Shown here piece after piece: positions 19,933 to 29,497 of a stretch of DNA of 64,000 bases. Both the position numbers and the translations under genes were made by a program. The notes under the pieces were generated by a model. It had not been told where the DNA came from. It saw only the letters and a program-made list of their open reading frames with translations, and searched no databases. Source of the DNA: Candidatus Iainarchaeum sp. (GTDB lineage Archaea > Iainarchaeota > Iainarchaeia > Iainarchaeales > JAAZKV01). Positions within the stretch are counted from its first letter, which is position 1. Each line of letters starts with the position of its first letter. The stretch lies in assembly GCA_026397015.1 (NCBI GenBank), contig JAPLVR010000006.1:156081-220080 (forward strand), in the 5' to 3' direction.

Positions 19933-20568
19933 CTAGTGAAGGGCTTCATCCAAAAAAGGCTTTATTTGGGCAAAAACCTCCTCAATCGGGACATTCGCGT
20001 CAATCACCTTTATATTTTCCTCCGGAAGAAGCTTTGGTTGCCCCAAAAAAAGCCCCCTCAAATTTGAAATGAACCCAATGCTTCGAAATTTGTCGGATTC
20101 TTTTCTTTTTTCCGACTTTTCGGAATGCATGCGCCTATGGGCTTCTTTCGGATTAACGTCAAGAATCAGGGCTAAATCGGGCGCCAAAAAGTTTTTGTGT
20201 GCGGCAAAAACTTTGTTAAAATCTTTTCCCTGTGCTGTTTGGTAGGCAATGCTCGAATATTTGTAGCGGTCGCAAATCACGACAAAATTTTTTTCCAAAG
20301 AAGGTTTGATGATATTTTCAATATGCCACTTTCTGTCATCCACAAAAAGCTGGAATATTTCTTCGGCATAATCCGCCGAAGATTTCTGCTTTTTGAAATA
20401 TTCTCTCAATTTTAATCCGTGCGGGCCGCGCGTGGGCTCATCCGTTATGAGAATATTGTCATACTTTTTGCTTTTATCATAAATGTATTCGAAAGTTTTC
20501 TTCACCATGGTTCCTTTGCCGCAGCCTGAAATGCCGTCAAAAACAATAAAAGTCCCCTTCCTCATCAA
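19933..20568 (-). CDS. tmk: Thymidylate kinase
   Basis: FIVFDG..GCGKGT, EPT, DR..H, CDRY..SS.AYQ, PDL. Confidence 0.9.
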   Translation of the reverse strand: MMRKGTFIVFDGISGCGKGTMVKKTFEYIYDKSKKYDNILITDEPTRGPHGLKLREYFKKQKSSADYAEEIFQLFVDDRKWHIENIIKPSLEKNFVVICDRYKYSSIAYQTAQGKDFNKVFAAHKNFLAPDLALILDVNPKEAHRRMHSEKSEKRKESDKFRSIGFISNLRGLFLGQPKLLPEENIKVIDANVPIEEVFAQIKPFLDEALH

Positions 20569-20592
20569 ACCACTGCCAACGCAATATCCTCT

Positions 20593-21237
20593 TTATTTGT
20601 CCAAAACCCTTTTTACCCCTTTCCAAACCATTTCGTGAATTGCTTCAATTGAAAGAAGCTTTTCCTTTTCAACACAGGAAATTTTTTTCCAACCCAACTT
20701 TTCAGTATTGCGTTCGTACTCCCCGAAAATCGCGCGCTGAAAATTAGAATCCGATTCATGCTGGTCTTTTTTTTGATTTCTGCCATTCATTAATTTTTCA
20801 GCGATATTCGGCGGAACGGAAAGAACCAGCACCAAATCCGGTTTTGGCAATTTTTTACAAACAAAATTAATCCACTCCCGCAAAGAATCTTTTTCGTTTT
20901 CTTTTGCAAGCGCGACCTGATAAGTAAGGGTCGAGGTAAAATACCTGCTCATCAAAACGGTTTTTCCTTCAGAGAGCGCATTTTCAATCTGTTTTTTTGA
21001 TTCATAAAAATCGGCCATATAAAGCAGGGAGATGAATTCTGCCGGCAAATCCTCTTTTCTGCCAAATTTTCCTTCCAAGTAATCGTCGACAACCTTTCCG
21101 AAAGAAACTCCGTGCTTCGGAAAATGCATTTGAACAAGCCGGGCGCCTTCTTTTTGCAAATGTTCCGCAAGAAGATTTAGCTGAGTTGTTTTGCCGGAAG
21201 CATCCGTGCCTTCCAAAACAATTAATTTTCCTTTCAT
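20593..21237 (-). CDS. tmk: Thymidylate kinase-like paralog
   Basis: LIVLEG.DASGKTTQ, FP, SRYF.S...YQ, PKPDL, D.HE. Confidence 0.85.
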   Translation of the reverse strand: MKGKLIVLEGTDASGKTTQLNLLAEHLQKEGARLVQMHFPKHGVSFGKVVDDYLEGKFGRKEDLPAEFISLLYMADFYESKKQIENALSEGKTVLMSRYFTSTLTYQVALAKENEKDSLREWINFVCKKLPKPDLVLVLSVPPNIAEKLMNGRNQKKDQHESDSNFQRAIFGEYERNTEKLGWKKISCVEKEKLLSIEAIHEMVWKGVKRVLDK

Positions 21238-21349
21238 CTGGAATCCAAAAAGCAGTGAAGCTCCATCCCCTTAAAAAACCATTTCTTGAATTTCACGCCC
21301 GAGAGACAAATTTAAAAAAGAAACCAAAGCTAATCTATCTGATGCAAGT

Positions 21350-21470
21350 CGACAGCTTCGCTGTCAAAGTGTCATTGCGAAGCAATGGCGCGTGTAATGC
21401 ATGATTCGGATGCATACACACCAAGAAAGTGCCATCGACGTACGATGGCACGCGTAACGCATATGCAATA
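21350..21470. repeat. Multi-hairpin element in the tRNA-Gly(TCC) leader
   Basis: gacagcttcgctgtc, cattgcgaagcaatg, gtgtaatgcat..atgcatacac, gtgccatcg..cgatggcac. Confidence 0.55.
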
Positions 21471-21472
21471 GC

Positions 21473-21639
21473 GCGTCCGTGATGTAACGGTAGCATGAAA
21501 GCCTTCCATCGGCCTTTTTCAAAGGCCGGCGAAAAGCACTGTCTTCGCCTTCGGCTCGACAGAGCGTGCTTCGCAGGTTTTGATTTAAAAAAAGGATTGA
21601 AGAAAGCTTTCCGTTGGGGTTCAAATCCCCACGGGCGCA
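21473..21639 (+). tRNA. tRNA-Gly(TCC) with 96-nt intron at 37/38 (21509-21604)
   Basis: Acceptor GCGTCCG/CGGGCGC; AAAGC-CTTCCA|intron|A-GCTTT; CTTC/GAAG splice helix. Confidence 0.9.
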
Positions 21640-21696
21640 TATAATTGGAAATAATTGAACGACTGCCAAGACTTTATCAAAAGTCGCAACATTAAA

Positions 21697-22428
21697 TTAC
21701 AAGTCATACAAAAGTATTGTCTTTGTTTCAGGAATGTAAAACATATTGTGCGTCCCAATATCACAATATACCGGGAGCTTTGCAGATTCCACCGCTTTTT
21801 TAAGCTTCAACATTGCCATGAAAGCCGGCACGAATCTGATTTTGCTGTCGCGTAGTTGGACAACCTCACCTTTGTTAAAAAAATCAGTCACGAAATACAT
21901 CGACCCTCCGCCCCTACCATAAATTACATTGGGTTTTATTGTACGAATATTGATTTTCCCGATTCTGTGATTAATACTTTCCAATACCCCTTCCATTTGC
22001 AAATACGCATTTGCTGTCCTTTCCACATCCATTCCCGGAGGATATGTTTTGACAAAAAACTCTTTATTGCCCGCAGTTACTTTAAGAAGCATTTCATGCA
22101 TCGACCCAAGATCGGTGCCAGTGGCGCCGTGTTGAATTTTAATGCCCCTTTTTCGATCGGAAATTATTTCGCCTTTTTCCAGACGTTTTTTATTTTTTTC
22201 AATCAATCGGTATGTTGGTATCAGAATCCCTTTGTTTTTTCTAACAAAATCTTTCATTTCTGGGGAATATGCAAATAAATTTTTTTTGGGAAGTGCGTAC
22301 CGGCCCCTCTTTCGCGTTATTCTCAAATTGGTTTTATTCATTGCAACATTTGAGGCAACTACTTTTGGTGCAGTAACCAATGTTTTAAGCCGTTTTCTGA
22401 GCCATTTTTTAATCCCAGTAAATGCCAT
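21697..22428 (-). CDS. Protein-kinase-like fold protein with basic N-terminus
   Basis: EFFVK, then DIGTHN (DxxxxN) and LLYD; paralog of 44923-45708. Confidence 0.6.
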   Translation of the reverse strand: MAFTGIKKWLRKRLKTLVTAPKVVASNVAMNKTNLRITRKRGRYALPKKNLFAYSPEMKDFVRKNKGILIPTYRLIEKNKKRLEKGEIISDRKRGIKIQHGATGTDLGSMHEMLLKVTAGNKEFFVKTYPPGMDVERTANAYLQMEGVLESINHRIGKINIRTIKPNVIYGRGGGSMYFVTDFFNKGEVVQLRDSKIRFVPAFMAMLKLKKAVESAKLPVYCDIGTHNMFYIPETKTILLYDL

Positions 22429-22570
22429 GTAATAATTTATGGACTGGTTGCTTTTATTGTTTTCGTTTATGATGCAAACTGCATTAATGCACAAACCCAG
22501 AAACCAAAAGCCTAATAAACGCCCAAAGCCATACTTATTTCACAGTGCTGCAAATTGACATGGTGAAAAA

Positions 22571-23068
22571 ATGAGGCCCAAAATCATGAAACGCGTTTTA
22601 CGGACCAAACCTGAAGCGGCAAAACAGCCGACTCCGGGAAAATGGGCCGAATTTGAAAGGGCAAGCGAAATTGCGGAAAGACGGCTCATTGGAAAAATTG
22701 CGCTGAGCCGCGCGGGCATAAAGAAAATTCCGAAATGGGAACAGCTCATGGGTTCAATTCAAAAATTCGAAGCGAGCAGAAAAACAGCGGCGTCAAGGTA
22801 TTCGCGCGGGAAGCTAAAAGCCAGAAGCCTGGCGGATGCATATGCGAAAGAGCGGACCAAGTTTGAAAGGGATGTCTGCTCCGTTTTGGGAACGGAAAAG
22901 GGCAAAAAATTCCTCAGGCGATTTGACAAAATAAAAAAAGAAATGGAAAAAATAAAATGGGAAATTCACAAGAGCGAAATTAATGGATTCATTAAAGCGA
23001 CCGGAAGGAACCCCTATCCTGAAGCAAAAAAACGAAATAATAACCCTAATAAACCCCCGAAGCGCTAA
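22571..23068 (+). CDS. Basic hypothetical protein
   Basis: 165 aa, K/R-rich; GGTG SD. Confidence 0.65.
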   Translation: MRPKIMKRVLRTKPEAAKQPTPGKWAEFERASEIAERRLIGKIALSRAGIKKIPKWEQLMGSIQKFEASRKTAASRYSRGKLKARSLADAYAKERTKFERDVCSVLGTEKGKKFLRRFDKIKKEMEKIKWEIHKSEINGFIKATGRNPYPEAKKRNNNPNKPPKR

Positions 23069-23082
23069 TTTGTCTGATACTG

Positions 23083-24219
23083 ATGAGTTTGAAAGCGAGG
23101 GGGTTGGTGGATTACTTCAAAAACAAGCAGGCGCTTTCAAGAAGGCTTAACGCACTCGGACTGAACAAAAAAATTGTAAATACGAGAAAGAGAAGCGTTT
23201 CAAAAAAAGAGCTCATTCTTGAAAGAATTAAAAGGGCGCAGGCGGCAGGCAGACAAATGAGAAAAGGAACGATTACGCCAGAAGAGCTTTCAATAAGAAT
23301 CGGGGCGGAAGTGAAAGGCGCAAAAAAAAGCCAGATTCAAAAACATGGAATAAGGCTGCTTGGATATAAAGTGGGAACGGACCCGATTGAAAGAGTTGCG
23401 TTTGAAGAAAGATTTAGGCGGCTGAAAAGAGAAACCAAACTAAGCGACAGGCAGATAAGGCTCCTTCTTGGAAAAGAACGGATGTACGGAAGGCAGCTTA
23501 AAAGAAGCGACTTTCAAAAGGAGCACTGGCGGACTGTAAGGGAAGGAATAAATTTTGCAGTTAACCTAATGACACAGCACCTCCCGCCGGCTGAAAGGAA
23601 AAAAATAATTGAGCAGGCCAAAAAAAAGAAGCTTTATCTGCTTTCGGCGCGGGATTTTTTAACCGAAGCAACTTCCAAGGGGGTCCTGAGGGAATTAAAG
23701 ACCACGCTCGGAGAAATTAAGAACGAACATTTAACGGACACCATGCACACCCCGAGGTATGGAAAAATAAGTTTTTCACAGGATTGGCTAGGGTACATCA
23801 AATCCGATGAATACTATGAAAAAAAGGATATTTACAATGTGGTGCATGAAACCATGCACTGGCTGAACAACAAAATTGACATTAAGGATGTTCCGTTCGG
23901 AGAAGCAGCCGCGGTGGCATGGGGAATGGAAAAAGGAATTTGGAAATTCGACAAAAAAATCGGCGAGCCGACCAAAGAAACATTCGACCGCGTACCAAAA
24001 GAGGAACCTGACTGGAGCTACGATGCAGGAATAAAAATCGGGCAATGGGCATACACCAACATGGAAAAAAACTGGCCGAATTACCTCTATCTGCGCTCCG
24101 TCGGAAATTCGCATGAACACGCGATAAGAATAATTGGGAACGGAAAAATGAAAGAAGCGGTTGAAGCGGCCAGACAGAAATATTTGAAGAAGAAAAGAGA
24201 AGGAAAAATAAAAATTTGA
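23083..24219 (+). CDS. Basic protein with HExxH zincin-like motif
   Basis: VVHETMHWL followed by GEAAA. Confidence 0.65.
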   Translation: MSLKARGLVDYFKNKQALSRRLNALGLNKKIVNTRKRSVSKKELILERIKRAQAAGRQMRKGTITPEELSIRIGAEVKGAKKSQIQKHGIRLLGYKVGTDPIERVAFEERFRRLKRETKLSDRQIRLLLGKERMYGRQLKRSDFQKEHWRTVREGINFAVNLMTQHLPPAERKKIIEQAKKKKLYLLSARDFLTEATSKGVLRELKTTLGEIKNEHLTDTMHTPRYGKISFSQDWLGYIKSDEYYEKKDIYNVVHETMHWLNNKIDIKDVPFGEAAAVAWGMEKGIWKFDKKIGEPTKETFDRVPKEEPDWSYDAGIKIGQWAYTNMEKNWPNYLYLRSVGNSHEHAIRIIGNGKMKEAVEAARQKYLKKKREGKIKI

Positions 24220-24241
24220 AAAAAACAATCTGGGCGGGAAA

Positions 24242-24853
24242 ATGGGTCCGAGAAAAGGCAAGCTGAAAATTTTGAAAGGAAAATTTGGCGGCAGGGGAGA
24301 GCCGCGCTATATCCTCGCCATTACAAGACCGGGGGAAATAGCCGAAGGGAGAGCGCTTGAGGAAAAAATCAGGAAAAGGCCGCTCTTTCAGAAAAAATTT
24401 CCCAGACAAATGTGGACGCCCGAAGTGGTTGAGGGCTGCATGAACCCCGGGCAGAAGCGATTGAATGAAATGTTTGCAAAGCTTTTCCCTTCAAAAAAAT
24501 TATGGAAAAGCATTGCAAAAGGACGCTGGTACCCGGACACCAATCAAATCGGCGAAGTAGAATGTTTTGCAACAATCCATGCTATGAAATCACTTCCCGG
24601 AATAACCGAAATGCAGCGAAAAAAAATAATCAAATTTGCAAATCTGCAAAAAAAAGAGCAGATGCTGCTGCCGATGCAAAAAGCCGCGGCAATACTCGAA
24701 ATGGAAATAGGGAAGGAATATTATAACGAATTGATGGCGAGGAGAAACGAGGTTGCAAATTGGATGCTTGACGTTATGCGAATCAAAGTATGGGAAATCG
24801 CAAAGGAAAAAGAGGTCTCGTACAGGCAGCCTTTGTTGGGCAGGGGATATTAA
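24242..24853 (+). CDS. Basic hypothetical protein
   Basis: 203 aa; MGPRKGKLK N-terminus; co-oriented in the cluster. Confidence 0.65.
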   Translation: MGPRKGKLKILKGKFGGRGEPRYILAITRPGEIAEGRALEEKIRKRPLFQKKFPRQMWTPEVVEGCMNPGQKRLNEMFAKLFPSKKLWKSIAKGRWYPDTNQIGEVECFATIHAMKSLPGITEMQRKKIIKFANLQKKEQMLLPMQKAAAILEMEIGKEYYNELMARRNEVANWMLDVMRIKVWEIAKEKEVSYRQPLLGRGY

Positions 24854-24924
24854 CAAAACAAAAAAGGCAGGCGGCTTTTTTCAGACAGGCAAGTATTATA
24901 AAGGATTGAAGCGGGAATATTTGT

Positions 24925-26268
24925 ATGGGCCCGAGAAGTAGAACCAATTTGCCAAATCTAAGGTTTTCAGGCGGGAGGAAGAGAAGCGTCCGCTGGATAA
25001 GAACCCCGATGTACAAAGCGTGGGCGAGAAAGGCGGGCGCGGCGGCAGAAAAAAGGGCACTTCAATCGCTCCCGAAAAGGATTCAAACATTGCCGGGAAC
25101 GAAGGGAATCGATGCCATAAGAACTGGAAAACCGATTTCTGCGGAAAAACTTTCTGAAATAAGAAGGATTGCTGTGAGCAAAGCGCTGACTCCGGAACAA
25201 CAGGTTGCAGGCGTGAAAAGAATCGTTTCGGAAATAGACCCGCGGGCGAAACTTGAACAATACAAATATGACCCGCGCGGCCACCTGACAAAAACTGTTT
25301 CGATAAAAGTCATATTTAAGGATGGAAAGTGGCACCTTTCAAGCGGAAAAATGGCGAACGCATATATTTACATTACAAAGGACGGAATAATAAAAATAAA
25401 TGCAAATGAACTTGAAAGAGAAATAAGAAAGAATTTCCATCCGGGAAATCCCGAAATGAACAACGGAAAAATACATTCCTCCTTCACCGCAGGTTCAAGC
25501 GGAAAAAAATGGGTTGTAAGAATACCTTATGTCGGGGAAAATAAAAGCAGGGCAATACAATCAATACTCTGGGATGACGTGCGAAGAGATGTGTTAAAAG
25601 CATCAAAAAAAGCAGGAATAAAACTCGACAAGCCTTACCATGAATGGAGCGAAGGCGAAAGAAAAAAATATTTTGACATACTTAAAAAGACAAAAAAGGA
25701 ATCTAGAAAAGGCGATAAGAAAGCGAGAAAAATACAAAGCGAGTGGCTGAATAAACAACAGGCATTCCAGAGCAAACTCATCAAGGAATCGGAGAGAATG
25801 GTCAGGAAACTGCAAAGAATGCAGAAACACCACTATGAGACGCGGATTCCAAAATACCCTTTACATGAAATACTCAGAATGGAAGAAGCGCTGAAGACTC
25901 TCAGAAACACAACCCTTGCGAATCCAAAAAGCGTTCCAGGGGCGGAAGCAAGAGGGTGGATCGACTGGACACTGCCGAAAATGAGAAGCCTGCGAAGGAA
26001 ACAAAGGGCGGCATATAAAATAGAAAAAAGAATCGAGAAGGCGAGAAAAATGATCAGTGCCGCTGAAAAGACGAAAAATCCGGCAAAGATTAAGGAGTAC
26101 AACGCAAAATTAGTAAGGGGGGTGAGGGTGCTAAACCGCATTTCAAGCGATTTAACAAAAGACACCAGACTGATACAGCAGGGAATAAACAACACCGCCC
26201 AATTTGTTTCCATGATAAAATACCGCGGCGGGGAAAGACAGAACGAAATAATTCAAAATAATCAATAA
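24925..26268 (+). CDS. Large basic hypothetical protein
   Basis: 447 aa; MGPRSR N-terminus; helical K/R-rich C-half. Confidence 0.7.
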   Translation: MGPRSRTNLPNLRFSGGRKRSVRWIRTPMYKAWARKAGAAAEKRALQSLPKRIQTLPGTKGIDAIRTGKPISAEKLSEIRRIAVSKALTPEQQVAGVKRIVSEIDPRAKLEQYKYDPRGHLTKTVSIKVIFKDGKWHLSSGKMANAYIYITKDGIIKINANELEREIRKNFHPGNPEMNNGKIHSSFTAGSSGKKWVVRIPYVGENKSRAIQSILWDDVRRDVLKASKKAGIKLDKPYHEWSEGERKKYFDILKKTKKESRKGDKKARKIQSEWLNKQQAFQSKLIKESERMVRKLQRMQKHHYETRIPKYPLHEILRMEEALKTLRNTTLANPKSVPGAEARGWIDWTLPKMRSLRRKQRAAYKIEKRIEKARKMISAAEKTKNPAKIKEYNAKLVRGVRVLNRISSDLTKDTRLIQQGINNTAQFVSMIKYRGGERQNEIIQNNQ

Positions 26269-26312
26269 AAAAAGAAAAATAAAAAAAGAGCTTACTTTTT
26301 TTCTAAAAGACC

Positions 26313-27692
26313 TTATTCTTTTCTCCCTTTCAAAAGGTTTTTGAAGGAAATGTAGTCGTTTTCAATAATCTCAAAATTTTCCTTTTTCTCGGCAACTCCT
26401 TTCAAGCACGGGTGAAGAGCGGGCTTAATGTTCAAAAGCGCTTCAATTTCTTCCGGAAATTTCGAAGGGTGCGCCGTTTCAAGCGAAACCAATTTTTCCT
26501 CAACCTTGCCGCCGCTCTTTTCCAAAAAAACTTCCAGCCCTTTCCACGCAACAGCGCCATGAGGTTCCAAAAGAAGCATATGCTTGTTATAAGCATCAAT
26601 TATTGTTTTTTTGGTTTCGTTGTCTGAAACGGCGACTGAAAAAATTTCGCCGCGCATTTTTTCCAGGTCGGGAAGCTTAATTATTTTTCCGTTTTCATCC
26701 ATCTGACCGTTGTAAAAATCAATCAAGCGCGAAAGGTTGCTCGGATGCCCGACGTTCATTGCGTTGGAAACGCATTTCTTCGAAGGAACAATTTTTTTGT
26801 ATCTTCCCGTTTCCAAAAAAATCGGAAATTCGTCATTCTCATTGACAGCCGCAACAAATTTCTTAACTGGCAACCCCATCCTTTGCGCAATCAATCCGCC
26901 GCAGAGGTTTCCGAAATTGCCGCAGGGAACAGAAAAAATAATTTTTTCCCAAAAAGAATCGGCGACGCGCGAATAACTGTAAAAGTAATAAACCGACTGG
27001 GGGATTAATCTGCCGAGATTTATCGAATTTGCGGAGGAAAAATTATATTCGCACAAATCAGAATCCGCAAAGGCGCGCTTAACCATCGCCTGGCAATCAT
27101 CAAATTTTCCTTTTACAGCCAAAACGGAAATATTTTTTCCGAGGGTTGTCATCTGCCTCCTCTGATTTGAAGTAACTTCTTTTTCCGGGAAAAGAACAAT
27201 GACTTCGATATTTTCCAATCCGTAAAAAGCGTTTGCAACCGCGCTCCCGGTATCGCCGCTCGTTGCAACAAGAATTGTCAGCTTCTTTTCATCCGAACGC
27301 ATGAAATAATCCATGAGGCGTGCCATGGTACGCGCGGCAAAATCCTTGAAAGAAGCGGTTGGGCCGCCGTCGAGGCGCAGCACATATGTCCCGCTCCCGA
27401 CGCCCCTTACCTTTTCAATCGGCACACTAAAATTATATGTGTCTTCAACAATTTTCCTCAAATCTTTTTCCGGAATTTCCTTTCCGATAAATTTTGAGAA
27501 AATTGTAAAAGCGATTTCTGGATATTTCTTTTCTTTAAAGCCGAAAATTTCTTTCTGCGAAAGCCTCGGGATTACTTCGGGCATGAAAAGCCCCTTGTCT
27601 TCTGCGATGCCCTGCAACAGGACCTCCCTGAAAGAGGATTTTTGCGAAACGCCGTTGGTGCTGTAATACTTCATATTCTCTGACATATTCAA
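26313..27692 (-). CDS. thrC: Threonine synthase
   Basis: GPTASFKD, ATSGDTGSA, G.FDDCQ, SANSIN.GR, PCGNFGN, TAHPSKF. Confidence 0.95.
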   Translation of the reverse strand: MNMSENMKYYSTNGVSQKSSFREVLLQGIAEDKGLFMPEVIPRLSQKEIFGFKEKKYPEIAFTIFSKFIGKEIPEKDLRKIVEDTYNFSVPIEKVRGVGSGTYVLRLDGGPTASFKDFAARTMARLMDYFMRSDEKKLTILVATSGDTGSAVANAFYGLENIEVIVLFPEKEVTSNQRRQMTTLGKNISVLAVKGKFDDCQAMVKRAFADSDLCEYNFSSANSINLGRLIPQSVYYFYSYSRVADSFWEKIIFSVPCGNFGNLCGGLIAQRMGLPVKKFVAAVNENDEFPIFLETGRYKKIVPSKKCVSNAMNVGHPSNLSRLIDFYNGQMDENGKIIKLPDLEKMRGEIFSVAVSDNETKKTIIDAYNKHMLLLEPHGAVAWKGLEVFLEKSGGKVEEKLVSLETAHPSKFPEEIEALLNIKPALHPCLKGVAEKKENFEIIENDYISFKNLLKGRKE

Positions 27693-27734
27693 GAAAAAAC
27701 AGATTTTTTAACCTGATTGCAGCCAAAAGAAGTT

Positions 27735-28019
27735 ATGGAAAAAAAATTGAAGCCGAACCAGAAACTGGCGCTGGAAAGGATTTACAGGCTTTTTGAGCTG
27801 GCTGAAGAGGACAACACAAAAAGAAAGGGCAAATACTCCAAACGCTACCTAAAATTAATGGTTGAAATCGGAAAAAAAGTTAATGTGCCGGTGCCAAAAG
27901 AACTGAAGAAAAAGTTCTGCAAAAAATGCTTTTCCTTAAATGTTGACGGAAGAGAAGAAAAACCATTTTTGATTGTGAAATGCGGGGAATGCGGATTTGA
28001 GAAAAAATTTTCGGCTTAA
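27735..28019 (+). CDS. rnp4: RNase P protein component 4 (Rpp21/Rpr2)
   Basis: ALERI..LFELA, RY, FCKKC...C.ECG. Confidence 0.9.
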   Translation: MEKKLKPNQKLALERIYRLFELAEEDNTKRKGKYSKRYLKLMVEIGKKVNVPVPKELKKKFCKKCFSLNVDGREEKPFLIVKCGECGFEKKFSA

Positions 28020-28111
28020 ACCCATAAAATACGCGGCAATTCACAAAATGCAGGGTTTTTAATTTTGGAAAGGAATAAAAACTGCGGAAACGGATATTTA
28101 TACGTGAAAGA

Positions 28112-29164
28112 ATGAACTTGCAGAAAACCCCGAAAAAAAGGGCAAGGCATAATCCGAAACTTCTGCGAAGGAGACGCAAATTATACAAAAATCTCACGAG
28201 CAGCGCGAGAGAGGCATTCGCAATAAGGTGCGTTTTTTATGAAAATCCAGTGCTGCCTCTTGGGGGTATTTTAAAAAAAGCATCAGAAAATCTCGGGAGA
28301 AAAAAACAAAGCTGGAATTTCAATGCGAGAGATTATGCAAAAACTTTGAAAAAAAATGCCAGGCGCACAAAAAGTGGCATGATGCGCCTTCTTTCCGCAC
28401 ACCACAACAATCCGGGCGAACTTTTTGCGCACATTTCAGGGTTCACTCCAAAACACCCTGTAAAAGTTTTAATTCATCATTTGGCAAACTATTTTCAACT
28501 CGCGCCGGAGGACATGGCGGAATTCGCGAATATGTCCGGGGTGAAGGGTTCGCTTGGAATCAGAATTGCTGGCAACGGGATTTGCGCGGGAATAGAAAGG
28601 CCGGACGTATTTTTGCACGAAATCGAACATTCCCACAGCTGGCTGATAAAAAATAAGGAAATTGAAAAAATAAAAAAAATACGCGCGATGCAGCGAAAAA
28701 GGGGAAAGGACATAAAGGTTGAAAGAGCCGATTTTGTCTGGGACACTTCGGTCGGAAGGGCATACAGGACGCTTACATGGTCGGCAAAAAGCGAGCTGGT
28801 TGCACATCTCGCCGAAAGCATGCACACAGGTGTAATAAAAAACCCGCTTGCCGGAGCATCTCTGCCGTTCAAAGGAAGAAATTTTTATGAATCAATGGAA
28901 ACACTGAAAAAATACACAAAAATGAGAATCAAAGATCCGGAAGAAAGGCAGAAACTTTTGGATTATCTCGGCAAAATGGAAAAAATACATGAGAAAAACA
29001 GGGAAGCGCTTGTTCCTGCAATCAAACGCATTCCGGTAGAAGACCTTATTTACATAATAAACGCGACAGAATACCACAGGCTCGCACCCCGACTGGCTTA
29101 TCTCACAAAAAAATACGCGCGCGAAGATGCCAGAAAAACGGCTGAGAAAAAACAAAACAAATAA
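28112..29164 (+). CDS. Basic protein with HExxH zincin-like motif
   Basis: FLHEIEHSH and downstream SELVAH; Arg-rich N-terminus. Confidence 0.65.
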   Translation: MNLQKTPKKRARHNPKLLRRRRKLYKNLTSSAREAFAIRCVFYENPVLPLGGILKKASENLGRKKQSWNFNARDYAKTLKKNARRTKSGMMRLLSAHHNNPGELFAHISGFTPKHPVKVLIHHLANYFQLAPEDMAEFANMSGVKGSLGIRIAGNGICAGIERPDVFLHEIEHSHSWLIKNKEIEKIKKIRAMQRKRGKDIKVERADFVWDTSVGRAYRTLTWSAKSELVAHLAESMHTGVIKNPLAGASLPFKGRNFYESMETLKKYTKMRIKDPEERQKLLDYLGKMEKIHEKNREALVPAIKRIPVEDLIYIINATEYHRLAPRLAYLTKKYAREDARKTAEKKQNK

Positions 29165-29497
29165 AATTATAAACCCAAAAAGCAAAAAGATTATTATGAA
29201 GCCGAAAAGGGAAAAGTGGCGGCCGATTGCAAAACGGATTCAGACATTCAGGTGGATAGTGAATCCGGCGGTGAGCGAAAATAGAACAGCCACCCAGAAG
29301 CGGTAAAAAGAATTAGGGAAAGAAAGGCAAGGAACAAAGGCAAATCAAAGCTGCAAAAAAATGGCGGCAGTAAGAGAATTTTTAAAGGTTATTGATTAGA
29401 GAATACTTAGAAACTTTTTTTGGCTCCTCGAAAGGGTAGAGCCGAAAAGCGCCGGAAGGCGGTTTCAAAGGAAAAAGAATTCAAAATAGTGATGGAT

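Noticed and set aside
21335-21669. Two 101-aa ORFs on the minus strand
   Set aside because: They are antisense to tRNA-Gly and its structured leader
29197-29375. Possible short ORF or gene remnant before rps19e
   Set aside because: All frames are short and no motif is recognisable
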